Of a stretch of DNA of 43,572 nt, positions 9,333 to 18,576 are shown piece by piece. The notes under the pieces are model-generated. The model did not search any database. It was not told where the DNA came from and saw only the letters and a list, made by a program, of their open reading frames with translations. The stretch covers positions 1 to 43,572 of the IMG/VR virus record IMGVR_UViG_3300017777_002171; one strand, written 5' to 3'. The translations under genes and the position numbers were made by a program. The first letter of the stretch is position 1. Every line of letters begins with the position of its first letter. The DNA is from a virus. Taxonomy: Duplodnaviria; Caudoviricetes.

Positions 9333-10115
9333 TTAGCTCCAGATAGTGTTACGGATTTTAATGAGGCGCGTCACATTTCGTGTGTCCTCATCATAGTTTC
9401 GATTTTCGATGACTTCGATCTTGTCAAGGATCGCGGCGCGATCATCAGGCATCTCGGGCTCAGGCTCTTCGCCGGAGTCGAGAGATCCAGAGAAAGACCC
9501 ATGCTTCGCGACATAATCATCATAGCCGGACTCGACATAGGGGTCAGGTCGCGCAGGACGGATCTTCGTCCACCAGACATACAGTCCGGCAATGGCATCA
9601 GCGTTGAAGGCCTGATCCGTTCGCATTCCGACCCTTTCTGGATCTGAAGTCTCATTCTCGCCGATTACCAGGGATTGTTCCCATTCGAGATATGCGAGGC
9701 CGGCCGCGGGTGAGCGGAAACGGCGCCACTTGGAGAAGCTGTACTTCTTCGCCGCTTCCTCGTCATAGAAGCACATCGAGAAGGCGCGCTCGACTTCGAC
9801 GTATTCTACGAGCATATTGAAGATGCCGTGGAGCATACGCTCGTCGGTGCCCCAGAACTTCGTGGGGTCCAGACCCGTTTCAATACGGTCGAACCGCTTG
9901 CGGCGATAGTAGAAGAAATCGCCGGCCTTCTTGTATGGTGTTCGGATGAAGTACCAGGTATCCCAGAACCAGTCATTCAGAGTTTCAGTCAGGAAGTAAC
10001 CAATAGGATACGCGGCCTTGGTCTCCTTCTCCCACTTCTTCCAGGCGCCCCATTCGAGGGCGTTGGGCTTGGTAATACCGAATGCCTTGCCTAGGCGATC
10101 ACGGAGTGATATCAT
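9333..10115 (-). CDS. Trp-rich hypothetical phage protein
   Basis: Probable start at ATG 10115 (MISLRDRLG) after an AAGGTG SD; the longer ORF overlaps the upstream gene. Confidence 0.7.
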   Translation of the reverse strand: MISLRDRLGKAFGITKPNALEWGAWKKWEKETKAAYPIGYFLTETLNDWFWDTWYFIRTPYKKAGDFFYYRRKRFDRIETGLDPTKFWGTDERMLHGIFNMLVEYVEVERAFSMCFYDEEAAKKYSFSKWRRFRSPAAGLAYLEWEQSLVIGENETSDPERVGMRTDQAFNADAIAGLYVWWTKIRPARPDPYVESGYDDYVAKHGSFSGSLDSGEEPEPEMPDDRAAILDKIEVIENRNYDEDTRNVTRLIKIRNTIWS

Positions 10116-11340
10116 ATACAACACCTTTTCTTGTTGGTTCAAAGCGGACCCTTGCTTCGGTCTGCCATTGCATTTCGTCTGTCTCGAAATTATATCCTGA
10201 GCCAGGAGAAGTCGCCGCCATCGAAATAATGACTTCCATCTTTTCGCTGAGGGTGTCATATCGTTTCAGGACATCCTCGATTTCTTCTCGGGTCATCGCA
10301 GGATCCAGAAGATGGTCGAGTCCGAGAGCGTAAGGCTCTTTTAGAGTGTATCCGCGATCCAGATACTTTCGGATGCGCCGCGTGCCGATCTTTTTGGGCC
10401 CAGGGTGCTCAGGAACAACGACCAGTTTGCGCTCCATGATGCAATTGTAGATTTCCTTTGACAGAGTAAACTTGTCTTCGAGAGCGTTGTAATATGCTTG
10501 GCAATGCCGGAAGTCATAGGACTTCACGATATCTTCTGGATCGCCTGACTGCATCGTAATGATCTGGAATTTGAGGGAGCCCAGGTATTTCGGCGCCGCA
10601 AGGCTGATTGCGTTGTCGGTTACATATGCATACGCCGAGTTGGAAGCTTCCAACGCCTCCAACTGCCGCGCCTGCGCCTTTACGGCACCGTCGGCATCTG
10701 ATTCGGACTCCCGTTCGCCTTTGCCATAGTCGTCAGGAATGACGCTCTCGACCGAAACCATTTCAAGAGAGGGGTGATCGGTGATGTATTTGGTGAAGAT
10801 GAATCGATACAACCTAAGGACCTCTGCACACTTGGGTCCATAGAAATACATATCGATATCATTGGGAATTTCGTCGAGCAGCATGGACGCCGGAGCGCCG
10901 CCAGCAATATTGAACGACCAAAGATCATTCAAATTGAACGACCAAAGATCATTCAAGACCAGGCCCGACTTCTCGAAAATGGAGTGTTGTAGATTGGAGT
11001 CCTTTTCGAGGATAGACGAAACGAGCATCCGGAATCGCAGCGAGATATCACCGAGGCTTCTTTTGGCGGCGAGAATTGTTGCCTTGTCCGATTCGGCCCA
11101 TGCTGCGATTTTCGCTTCTTTCATCTGTGCCATATGCAGAGCATCGAGGTTGATGGTGAGGGACTCCTTGTAGTCGCCCTTGTATCGGGCAGCTTTCCGA
11201 TCCATTGCGTCGAAGGTATCGAATGCCGGATTGCGTTCCATATCGTCTATATTTCTCCAGACTTGATCCTTGGCATCGTCATGATTGACGACCCTGCCTT
11301 GATAATCGTATGCCATAGGACGATTTGTCGAGAATGCCAT
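10099..11340 (-). CDS. Pol-beta-superfamily nucleotidyltransferase-like protein (CCA/poly(A) polymerase head-like)
   Basis: IAGGAPASMLLDEIPNDIDMYF (GG...DxD), YDFRHC, RIRKYLDRGY. Confidence 0.6.
   Translation of the reverse strand: MAFSTNRPMAYDYQGRVVNHDDAKDQVWRNIDDMERNPAFDTFDAMDRKAARYKGDYKESLTINLDALHMAQMKEAKIAAWAESDKATILAAKRSLGDISLRFRMLVSSILEKDSNLQHSIFEKSGLVLNDLWSFNLNDLWSFNIAGGAPASMLLDEIPNDIDMYFYGPKCAEVLRLYRFIFTKYITDHPSLEMVSVESVIPDDYGKGERESESDADGAVKAQARQLEALEASNSAYAYVTDNAISLAAPKYLGSLKFQIITMQSGDPEDIVKSYDFRHCQAYYNALEDKFTLSKEIYNCIMERKLVVVPEHPGPKKIGTRRIRKYLDRGYTLKEPYALGLDHLLDPAMTREEIEDVLKRYDTLSEKMEVIISMAATSPGSGYNFETDEMQWQTEARVRFEPTRKGVVYDITP
10909..10956. repeat. Perfect 24-bp tandem duplication
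   Basis: ATTGAACGACCAAAGATCATTCAA twice; encodes LNDLWSFN-LNDLWSFN. Confidence 0.95.
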
Positions 11341-11348
11341 TGTTCTAG

Positions 11349-11377
11349 ATTATATCACGTATTGAGGAGCTTGTCAA
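11349..11377 (-). promoter_or_regulatory. sigma70-type promoter for the nucleotidyltransferase gene
   Basis: TTGACA-17nt-TATAAT with TG extension, 8 nt before ATG 11340. Confidence 0.85.
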
Positions 11378-11840
11378 CCAATATCGCATAATCGGTGCAT
11401 ACGGCATAACAAGGCTTTTCCTTGATCTTCCATTTGGCAAACATCTCAGATAGATTGCCAAGAAGTTCTGGCATGACAAATACAGACATGGGAGATAATT
11501 GATTACCAGGATACGTCCAAATATTCCCATGGGACGTCAATGTATAGGCGTCATTCTGATGGTAGAAGAAATTCGGCTGTTCCAGGAACGGCAAGGAGGT
11601 GAGCGCGTACAACGCATCCATGTTCTTGCAATGAATCCATAGGTTAGGATGCTTTAAGAACTCGATATTTACCTCGGGGAAAGGAGGCTCGTGATGCCCG
11701 AGATAATATCTCCCATTGAATGACCAGAGGTCAATTTCAACATCGAAGCCAAGGTCTAGTGCCTTGATGATCTGAGGAGGTTGATTCTCTAGTTGACGAT
11801 CAGGCCCATTCACAAGACCTCGGTGAGCGATAATGATCAT
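11355..11840 (-). CDS. Short glycerophosphodiester phosphodiesterase (GDPD/PLC-like) family protein
   Basis: IIAHRG, GFDVEIDLW, LGH, WIHCKN, VCTDY. Confidence 0.75.
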   Translation of the reverse strand: MIIIAHRGLVNGPDRQLENQPPQIIKALDLGFDVEIDLWSFNGRYYLGHHEPPFPEVNIEFLKHPNLWIHCKNMDALYALTSLPFLEQPNFFYHQNDAYTLTSHGNIWTYPGNQLSPMSVFVMPELLGNLSEMFAKWKIKEKPCYAVCTDYAILVDKLLNT

Positions 11841-12982
11841 AGTGCGTCGATTGCCTGTCTGATCTTGCGGGCACCAGCAATCGTGCCGGCCGGGTCTGAG
11901 TGGATAGCTCCACCGACATTAGCCATCCAATCGTTGCCGAACTTCTCGGCGATTGGTGCAATCAGGTCAGCATTCATACCGCAGGATAGCGCAGGCATGA
12001 CGCCATGGCGATGCAGCGTTTCAAACGTCGCGCGCAGGTCTTCTTCTGTGTCGGAGAGATATCCACCGTACATTCCAGCGTGGATGAAATCGACGCCGCA
12101 GAGACCAGCAAGCTCACACAGAACATTCCAGTCGATGCGATATGCATTACGAACGGACGTCAAAATCTTGTCGCCAGACTTCTGATAGTGGATAAAGAGG
12201 TCCAGGTTTTCGTCTCGGAGTGCCTTATACATGCCCAGACCCGACCAGAAATTCAGGTGAACGCCAGGTCCGCCGTCGCGATGGACATCGTGGGCGCGGA
12301 TAATGGGTTCGGCACCATCCGAATTGATGCAGAAGGTATAGATGACTCGCGGAGCGTACTTTTCGAGCCAACCAGAAATCAATGGGACTCTTTCGGCAAA
12401 CGGGCAGATCGCGGGGTTGCCGAGAATCTCGTCTTCCTTGATGAAGTCAACGCCGCCGTCGACCAGAGCCTTGGTCATATCCAAAAGCTGCACCGAAGTG
12501 ATGCCAGTCTTCGGCTTGATGATGCCGCCGAACAGAGGACGATTGTAGGCGCCAGTGCGCTGCCTGATTCCCTCGATGCCGTATCGAGGACCGAGGAAAT
12601 TGGTCTTACCCTTGTCAATGTCGATCTCCAGCAGATGACACTGGACGATATTGTCGATATCCATCTGGCCGCCCATGAGCATACACATTAGCTGCGATAC
12701 GCCGTCGGTGTCCCAATCGATATTGGCATAGGGGAAACCAATCCAGACGACACCATCTTTCTGGTGCTGATTCTTCTCGAACCCCGGAGACCCACTGTAA
12801 ATCTTGGCGCAATGGTCCTCGATCATTTCCTTGGTTTCCCAGGTCGAACGCGCGTTCGGGTTGCCGATGGACTGACCAATGGCCAGCTCCATCGCGCCAT
12901 CGAGCAGCGTGGTCTTGCATTCGAGGTAGTACAGCGCCCAGAAATACTTCTCTGAGTCAATTTCGTCCAGGATGATATCCAT
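11837..12982 (-). CDS. RuBisCO-like protein (form IV-type large-subunit homologue)
   Basis: GPRYGIEGIR, RPLFGGIIKPKTG, GGVDFIKEDE, GVDFIHAG, PALSCGM, VGGAIH..P follow the RuBisCO TIM-barrel motif order. Confidence 0.92.
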   Translation of the reverse strand: MDIILDEIDSEKYFWALYYLECKTTLLDGAMELAIGQSIGNPNARSTWETKEMIEDHCAKIYSGSPGFEKNQHQKDGVVWIGFPYANIDWDTDGVSQLMCMLMGGQMDIDNIVQCHLLEIDIDKGKTNFLGPRYGIEGIRQRTGAYNRPLFGGIIKPKTGITSVQLLDMTKALVDGGVDFIKEDEILGNPAICPFAERVPLISGWLEKYAPRVIYTFCINSDGAEPIIRAHDVHRDGGPGVHLNFWSGLGMYKALRDENLDLFIHYQKSGDKILTSVRNAYRIDWNVLCELAGLCGVDFIHAGMYGGYLSDTEEDLRATFETLHRHGVMPALSCGMNADLIAPIAEKFGNDWMANVGGAIHSDPAGTIAGARKIRQAIDAL

Positions 12983-12983
12983 A

Positions 12984-13703
12984 TTAGATGCCCTTGTAGT
13001 TGAGGTATTTGATCAATTCTTCTGGCGTGCCGATCGGATGATGGCGCCGAATGTGATAGGTTTCAAACTGCGCGCCGTCATTCAGGTTCTGGTTGATTGA
13101 CGGGGCAATGTAGAACTCATTGTTGGTTCGCACATTGTTCTTGATCATCTTGCCAGCGGCGTGAACAAAGTCTGTGCCACGACGCCAGCAATAGACGCCG
13201 ACGGTTGCGATGTTGGAAATGACCTGCTTCTCGGCGACCTCGACGATGTACTTGCCATCTTCATCCAGACGGACATACGAATGCTTTGGTGAGCGCGAAT
13301 TGAACGTGAAGACGGCGCCTTCGACCTCGGCAGTGTAGAACCAATCGTAGAACTCCTGCCGATTGTATTCCATGATCTGGTCGCAGTTGGCGATCATGAG
13401 AGGATTGAAATCGTCAATGTATTGCTCGGCTAGCAGAGCCGTGCAGGCAGCGCCTTGCGTCAAGCCATTCGTGAATACCAGTCGGAGAGAGTTGACGTTG
13501 CGCCATGCGTTTTCAAGCTGGACGCCATACTGGTCATAGTGTTCTTCCTGCAGGATGAAAATGTAGTCATTCTCAAGTCCCAGGTTTTCGACTACGCGCT
13601 CAATCATCGCCTTGCCATTTACGTCGATCAGAGGCTTAGGCTTGTCATAGCCGCATTCCTGAAAGCGTTTGCCAGCGCCGGCCATTGGTAGAAGGATTCT
13701 CAT
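12984..13703 (-). CDS. Sugar-phosphate nucleotidyltransferase (NTP_transferase family)
   Basis: LPMAGAGKRF..GYDKPKPLI, IANCDQ, VAEK..IS..ATVG, EFYIAP, GTPEEL. Confidence 0.88.
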   Translation of the reverse strand: MRILLPMAGAGKRFQECGYDKPKPLIDVNGKAMIERVVENLGLENDYIFILQEEHYDQYGVQLENAWRNVNSLRLVFTNGLTQGAACTALLAEQYIDDFNPLMIANCDQIMEYNRQEFYDWFYTAEVEGAVFTFNSRSPKHSYVRLDEDGKYIVEVAEKQVISNIATVGVYCWRRGTDFVHAAGKMIKNNVRTNNEFYIAPSINQNLNDGAQFETYHIRRHHPIGTPEELIKYLNYKGI

Positions 13704-14449
13704 CTTGTCGATACTTTCGTTGTGAGTGTTGGATCTTGGGGCGCTATGCCACCGTCGATGACCTGATCCTTACAGTAGTCTCGCACCATCGAATGCCTCA
13801 TAGCATCAGGTGCAACAGGGAAGAAGGGATGGTTCATGTCGTGGTATTCGACTTTACCCTGCATGATTTGAGCATTCATCTGCGTGGAAATCATATGTTC
13901 GCCGACCATGGGAATCTTGTACTGGGAATAGAACCTATCCAATTCAAGGAACGTGTCGCTATACTGATCCATGACCCGCTGACCGCCGAAGGCGAACTGA
14001 TCAGTGATCATGTTTCGGTCCTGCAATTCAGTCGGCACATGCAGATATTCGGGACTGAGGACAGCAAGGTCAAACTTGCGATTGACTGCGTAGTCAAATC
14101 TCAACCGAAACACCCAATCATAATTGCCGGTATACGCTTCATGGACTCGCCGGAGCGACGATGCCTGAAAAATAGATCGGAACAGTGAAAAGATGTTATA
14201 GGCGGGGTATCTCTCTGAAACTCCGTTCACATAGGTGCGCGGCAGCTTGAGCCTCTTGTCGGGCTCGGTCATGATCGAGACAGGTTTGTATGCATCCACG
14301 GCATCCAGCGTGACGCCGCGGGTTGTCTCGGTGAACCACGAATGGATGAACACATCTGGCTTATACACGTCCAGAATGTTTGCCTTGATGAAGGGGTATG
14401 CGTAGTTGTAGTTCTTGGTGAGACCAGATATCTCGACGGCAACGCGCAT
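13700..14449 (-). CDS. Putative glycosyltransferase-like protein
   Basis: MRVAVEISG, DVFIHSW, YDWVFRLRFD, DQFAFG resemble proteins in polysaccharide loci; glycan-gene context. Confidence 0.55.
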   Translation of the reverse strand: MRVAVEISGLTKNYNYAYPFIKANILDVYKPDVFIHSWFTETTRGVTLDAVDAYKPVSIMTEPDKRLKLPRTYVNGVSERYPAYNIFSLFRSIFQASSLRRVHEAYTGNYDWVFRLRFDYAVNRKFDLAVLSPEYLHVPTELQDRNMITDQFAFGGQRVMDQYSDTFLELDRFYSQYKIPMVGEHMISTQMNAQIMQGKVEYHDMNHPFFPVAPDAMRHSMVRDYCKDQVIDGGIAPQDPTLTTKVSTR

Positions 14450-14474
14450 GATGATCCTTATTCAGTGAACGTGT

Positions 14475-14503
14475 ATAATACAACAATCCGTGGGGATTGT
14501 CAA
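14475..14503 (-). promoter_or_regulatory. sigma70-type promoter of the RLP operon
   Basis: TTGACA-17nt-TATTAT upstream of AAGGA SD and ATG 14449. Confidence 0.75.
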
Positions 14504-14509
14504 GCGAAA

Positions 14510-15121
14510 TTACTTCTGCCAGCGAGAATTGTAGAAGATGAAATCCTGCTGAATCAATTCACCATTCATGACGTGATCTTCGACGTGCGCCGACAACCGG
14601 AATCCTTTGGCGTACATATACCGCATCATGGTATTCATGAGAGGCGCACCCTGGTTGTATTCAATCAGAGATAGCTCCAACTGGATGAAACGTGCGGCAT
14701 GCATGACCCGCTGACCACCATTGAAGATGTCCATTTCAGATCCCTGGGTGTCGATCTTGATAAAGTCATAGGGGCCTTCGACCAATGCATCCAGAGTCTT
14801 CGTCTTTACCACTTCGGTATCGACATCCTGGTAATGCTCAGTCTGCTCGCGATAGTAGGACGTTCCCGTGCAAATCGGGTTCTTCTTATTCTTGTATAGC
14901 GTGACGTCCTTTGCCGAGTCGGAGAGCATCACATTGTAGAACGGAAGTGCGGTAGCCTCAAGATATGGAAGGCAGTCGCGATTGCCTTCGATCATGAGGA
15001 TGTCAGCCAGAGGTCGGATCTTTTTGAAGTAGCGTGAATATTCCCCAACGTTGGCACCTATGTCCAGAAGCGACCCAACCTGAGCCTGCGTCCAGTATTG
15101 TTTCAATAGCTCGGTGTTCAT
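14510..15121 (-). CDS. FkbM-family SAM methyltransferase
   Basis: LDIGANVG, TLD, DFIKIDTQGSE; start at ATG 15121 with AAGGA SD. Confidence 0.88.
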   Translation of the reverse strand: MNTELLKQYWTQAQVGSLLDIGANVGEYSRYFKKIRPLADILMIEGNRDCLPYLEATALPFYNVMLSDSAKDVTLYKNKKNPICTGTSYYREQTEHYQDVDTEVVKTKTLDALVEGPYDFIKIDTQGSEMDIFNGGQRVMHAARFIQLELSLIEYNQGAPLMNTMMRYMYAKGFRLSAHVEDHVMNGELIQQDFIFYNSRWQK

Positions 15122-15122
15122 G

Positions 15123-16016
15123 TTATTCCTTGAATTTGTAGACGTTGCGGGAGAACCAGTCAACGAATCGCTGAAGGTCGAATGCCGAGCCGTTCAGGGT
15201 GTGTATCATGGGCTGGAGGTACATTTTCTCATATGCCACGGGATCATTATCAAGCTCAATGACCTTCTCGATCATTGCTGGGAAGTCACAATCATCCGAG
15301 AAATGAATGAAGGCCGCGGGGTTGAAGTCCAGGGCGACAGTCGGCGATCCCCAATAGATCGGGATCGTCTTCATGTAGAGCGCATGGAAAAGCTTCTCTG
15401 TGCAGTATCCCGGATAGCTGGAGTTTTCAAAGCACAGGTTGAACTTGTACGGCTTCAGGAACTCAGCCTTGTTCTTGGCTGCTTCCATTCCGCGAGGAAG
15501 AACTTCCCCGATGTTATTGAACAGCGGTCCTGCGGCATCTACCTTCTTGTACTGCGACAGGACCTCGAAGAACTTATTGCGCTGGGGACATGCATCATTG
15601 CCAGAAATGAAGGCAGCAAACTTCGTCTTGCTTTTGGCTTCCTCTGCTAGGCGATAGGTCAACTCGATACGCGGCATTCCGTGATAGTGAACCATCATCC
15701 AATAATCGATCACATACAGAGGCAACCTGAAATGATTCGATTGTGATAGGTGATCAAACGAAATGGCGAAGTCCGTCTGGCGACCATAGGGGCGCTTGTT
15801 CTCCCCTGTGTAGAAGATGCGAACCGTATTCGGATCCTGGAACATCAGGTTATTCTGTCCGAAGGTTTCGTCGCAGAAGAACAGGTAATCTGGCTTCACG
15901 TCATCGCGGACGACATTATACCGTCGCGAAAGTGTATGAATGAAGAAGTCATCCAGACCGGCGAAATAGTCAGTGAACCCGATCTTGATGGTCGGCCTAA
16001 GCGTATCGTTGTTCAA
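15123..16016 (-). CDS. GT10 alpha-1,3/4-fucosyltransferase
   Basis: FYTGEN, KFNLCFENSSYPGYCTEKL, IPIYWG (GT10 alpha-1,3 motif, Helicobacter FucT-like). Confidence 0.9.
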   Translation of the reverse strand: MNNDTLRPTIKIGFTDYFAGLDDFFIHTLSRRYNVVRDDVKPDYLFFCDETFGQNNLMFQDPNTVRIFYTGENKRPYGRQTDFAISFDHLSQSNHFRLPLYVIDYWMMVHYHGMPRIELTYRLAEEAKSKTKFAAFISGNDACPQRNKFFEVLSQYKKVDAAGPLFNNIGEVLPRGMEAAKNKAEFLKPYKFNLCFENSSYPGYCTEKLFHALYMKTIPIYWGSPTVALDFNPAAFIHFSDDCDFPAMIEKVIELDNDPVAYEKMYLQPMIHTLNGSAFDLQRFVDWFSRNVYKFKE

Positions 16017-16860
16017 TTTGTTCTCTCAATCCTGGTACACGATCATACTGATGGACGATGCAATACTTGCGGCCGTTGGAATTGTAGACACCATCTTCCT
16101 TGACGATGGGCTCCTCATCGAGGAGCTTTGAACGAAATTCTGCGATCTTCGTCGGATCCATGGTCGTACCCAACTGGGCCGCCCAGGCATACTGCGACTG
16201 CGGGAAGAAGGTCTTCTCGGAAAACTGCTTCTGCGCCAACAGGAAATTGTAGACCGACTGATCCGTAATAGGGATAGGACGGTTCAAGGACATCTGGAAG
16301 ATCATCATGCTCAGGTCTTTGATGGTGTCCCACTTGCCCGCGAGGACACCGACGTTGTAGACTTCTCGGTTCTTGAGAACCTCATGGAAGTATCCGCCGA
16401 ACGTGTCGTACAGATTATGGTTGTTCCAGTGTTCGTCAATGAACCGGATCGACTCCGAAGAAGCGACCATGTCGCAGCGTGCACGCTGCGAACCAAGATT
16501 TTCTTCCAGCCACTCGGATGGATTGGTTTGAAACACCACGTCACGAACGTCAGTAGTGATGACGTATCGTGGCTTCTCGACAACGTTCTGGAGCGTGTGC
16601 CAGATATGGAAGAACCGCTCGACGTGCACCATGAACGGCGACGGATCAGTGAAGAACCGTGTCTCGTCCTGCTTGAAGCCGATGACCATGAAATTACGAT
16701 CAAGGAGCGCCTTCACAGTATCCTTGTCAGAATTGAAAACGATCATGACCTTGGACCCCGTGAAGCCCGAGGCATCAATCGAGTTAGCCCAGAATTTGAT
16801 GCGATCCCAATTGTAGTCGGTATAGCATCCGATGATCATGTCATTCTTAGAGGTGAGCAT
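15997..16860 (-). CDS. Putative GT-A fold glycosyltransferase
   Basis: TDVRDVVFQ, NVGVLAG, DQSVYN, HQYDR. Confidence 0.65.
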   Translation of the reverse strand: MLTSKNDMIIGCYTDYNWDRIKFWANSIDASGFTGSKVMIVFNSDKDTVKALLDRNFMVIGFKQDETRFFTDPSPFMVHVERFFHIWHTLQNVVEKPRYVITTDVRDVVFQTNPSEWLEENLGSQRARCDMVASSESIRFIDEHWNNHNLYDTFGGYFHEVLKNREVYNVGVLAGKWDTIKDLSMMIFQMSLNRPIPITDQSVYNFLLAQKQFSEKTFFPQSQYAWAAQLGTTMDPTKIAEFRSKLLDEEPIVKEDGVYNSNGRKYCIVHQYDRVPGLREQIEQRYA

Positions 16861-16862
16861 GT

Positions 16863-17468
16863 TTACTCCTTGATGGACGCGACGATAACGTCCTTCTCGA
16901 CGTGTCCGTCCAACAGGTTCAACTTGTACTCTGGATTGATCGCCATGAGCATATGGGTGATCTGTTCCTCAGAGATAAAGCCCCATTCCTGGGATCCGAG
17001 CAGACGCCGGTCATCCACGAAAATCGTGTGCGTATGCACAGGGCGCCGCTTGATATTCTTCTCGATGCCCATGTGGCTCATGGTCACGACCTCTTTACCG
17101 AAGATCGCGCGGAGCTCAAGCTCCAATGGGCAGGGGCCGTATGCGCCACCGACCAGAGGTCCCGAGGCATGGGCGTCAAGCCAGAAGGTCGCCTCTTCGG
17201 TGAGCCCTTCGACAATCTCAGGAATGATATCGACCGAATCGCCGAGCCAGACTTTCACTTCGGGTCGATCCTTGAACCGAATGACGTTCTCGGCGAATAG
17301 GTCGACGTTTAATTCAATCGTGTGAATACGCTTGAAGCCATGTGCCAGTGCTATATTGACCGTATCACCGTGATAGGTTCCGGTCTCGATAAACGTTTCG
17401 CCGACGGCGTATTTCGCGAGATATTCAGGTCGCAGATGCGAGGGGTTTTCAATCATTTTCTTGTCCAT
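16863..17468 (-). CDS. Class I SAM-dependent methyltransferase
   Basis: FIETGTYHG, GDS, FWLDAH, IFVDD. Confidence 0.75.
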   Translation of the reverse strand: MDKKMIENPSHLRPEYLAKYAVGETFIETGTYHGDTVNIALAHGFKRIHTIELNVDLFAENVIRFKDRPEVKVWLGDSVDIIPEIVEGLTEEATFWLDAHASGPLVGGAYGPCPLELELRAIFGKEVVTMSHMGIEKNIKRRPVHTHTIFVDDRRLLGSQEWGFISEEQITHMLMAINPEYKLNLLDGHVEKDVIVASIKE

Positions 17469-18193
17469 GGATACTGACCTTCGAAGGCCATGAGATTGTG
17501 TCGATTTCCCTGTTCAAAGAACAGGGGCGATGCAGAGCCTGCGTTACCGTCAAGGCGATAATTCAACGAATACTTTCTGTTCGTCGCGTATTGACCAGGC
17601 AATAGGCCCTGGCGCATATACGAAAGGAATTGACGATCCCCGCCATATCCCGTGTGCCACAGATGCGACACCTTGATCAGGAAATCGCGGCGGAATGCAT
17701 AGGCGCTTGTGTCGATATGATAGTGGTTCGAACCATACACGGGCCAATGTCCCAGAGATTCGCAGTTATCATTGAATAGGAAGGTGCCGTCTTCGGCGAC
17801 AATCTTGCGAAGGGAATAGGCGAACTGGGGGATGGGATTTTTGTTCTCCTCCTGTAGCTCCTCAATCATCGATTCCACATGGTCTTCATCATACCAGTTA
17901 TCCTGGTCGAGGAATAACACATAGTCTTCATTGACTAGCTGAGACACGCCCGCATAGACGCGATGGCCATAGAAGCCATTGCCGCCGGTGTTGTCTTTGA
18001 GTAGGAGAAGATCGTCCTCGATGGATCGACCCATTGGCGCGTTCACGTTTAGAGCGAACTCGGCAAAGAATTTCATACCATCGAGGACGATAAGAGGACG
18101 AACGTTCTTATATGATTGCGCGTAGACAGACTTGATAGCCTGCACAGTACGTGGGTTACCAGTCGTTGGAATGATGACTACCGCGCTTTTCAT
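17453..18193 (-). CDS. GT2-family glycosyltransferase
   Basis: VIIPT, SVYAQSY, FLDQDN (DxD), GGDR. Confidence 0.85.
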   Translation of the reverse strand: MKSAVVIIPTTGNPRTVQAIKSVYAQSYKNVRPLIVLDGMKFFAEFALNVNAPMGRSIEDDLLLLKDNTGGNGFYGHRVYAGVSQLVNEDYVLFLDQDNWYDEDHVESMIEELQEENKNPIPQFAYSLRKIVAEDGTFLFNDNCESLGHWPVYGSNHYHIDTSAYAFRRDFLIKVSHLWHTGYGGDRQFLSYMRQGLLPGQYATNRKYSLNYRLDGNAGSASPLFFEQGNRHNLMAFEGQYPWTRK

Positions 18194-18207
18194 AACGAAA
18201 CTTTCGA

Positions 18208-18576
18208 TTAGGCCTGACGGGTTAGGTAGGTGATGCGTACCGATTCAGGGTTGAAGTATTTCTTGACCATCTGCACGGCCTTCTTGTGCGAGAAATTCTT
18301 GCACGAGAAAATGTCGATATAAGCCTCACCAGAGCAATCGACAAAGTGGCCGGTAATCGAGGACGTTTCGATTAGCTGGACGAGCGAGTATCCAGCAGCC
18401 TCGATATCGTGCTCGGCAAAGTGGGCGACCGTAGGTTCGCCATAGGCTTTCATGTCAATGGCAGGAACGAGTTCCTTGATGAATGCCACAATGTTTTTCT
18501 TCGACATGACAGACTGCATATCGCAGCCCGCGCAATCGAGAATAAGATGATGACCCCAATACTTCTTCATTGCCAT
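18208..18576 (-). CDS. speD: S-adenosylmethionine decarboxylase-like pyruvoyl proenzyme
   Basis: WGHHLILD, GYSLVQLIETSSITGH, YIDIFSCK. Confidence 0.82.
   Translation of the reverse strand: MAMKKYWGHHLILDCAGCDMQSVMSKKNIVAFIKELVPAIDMKAYGEPTVAHFAEHDIEAAGYSLVQLIETSSITGHFVDCSGEAYIDIFSCKNFSHKKAVQMVKKYFNPESVRITYLTRQA

Noticed and set aside
11837-12982. True CO2-fixing RuBisCO (rbcL)
   Set aside because: Loop-6 Lys, His294, Asn123 and Glu60 equivalents appear substituted, and there is no rbcS or PRK in the window.
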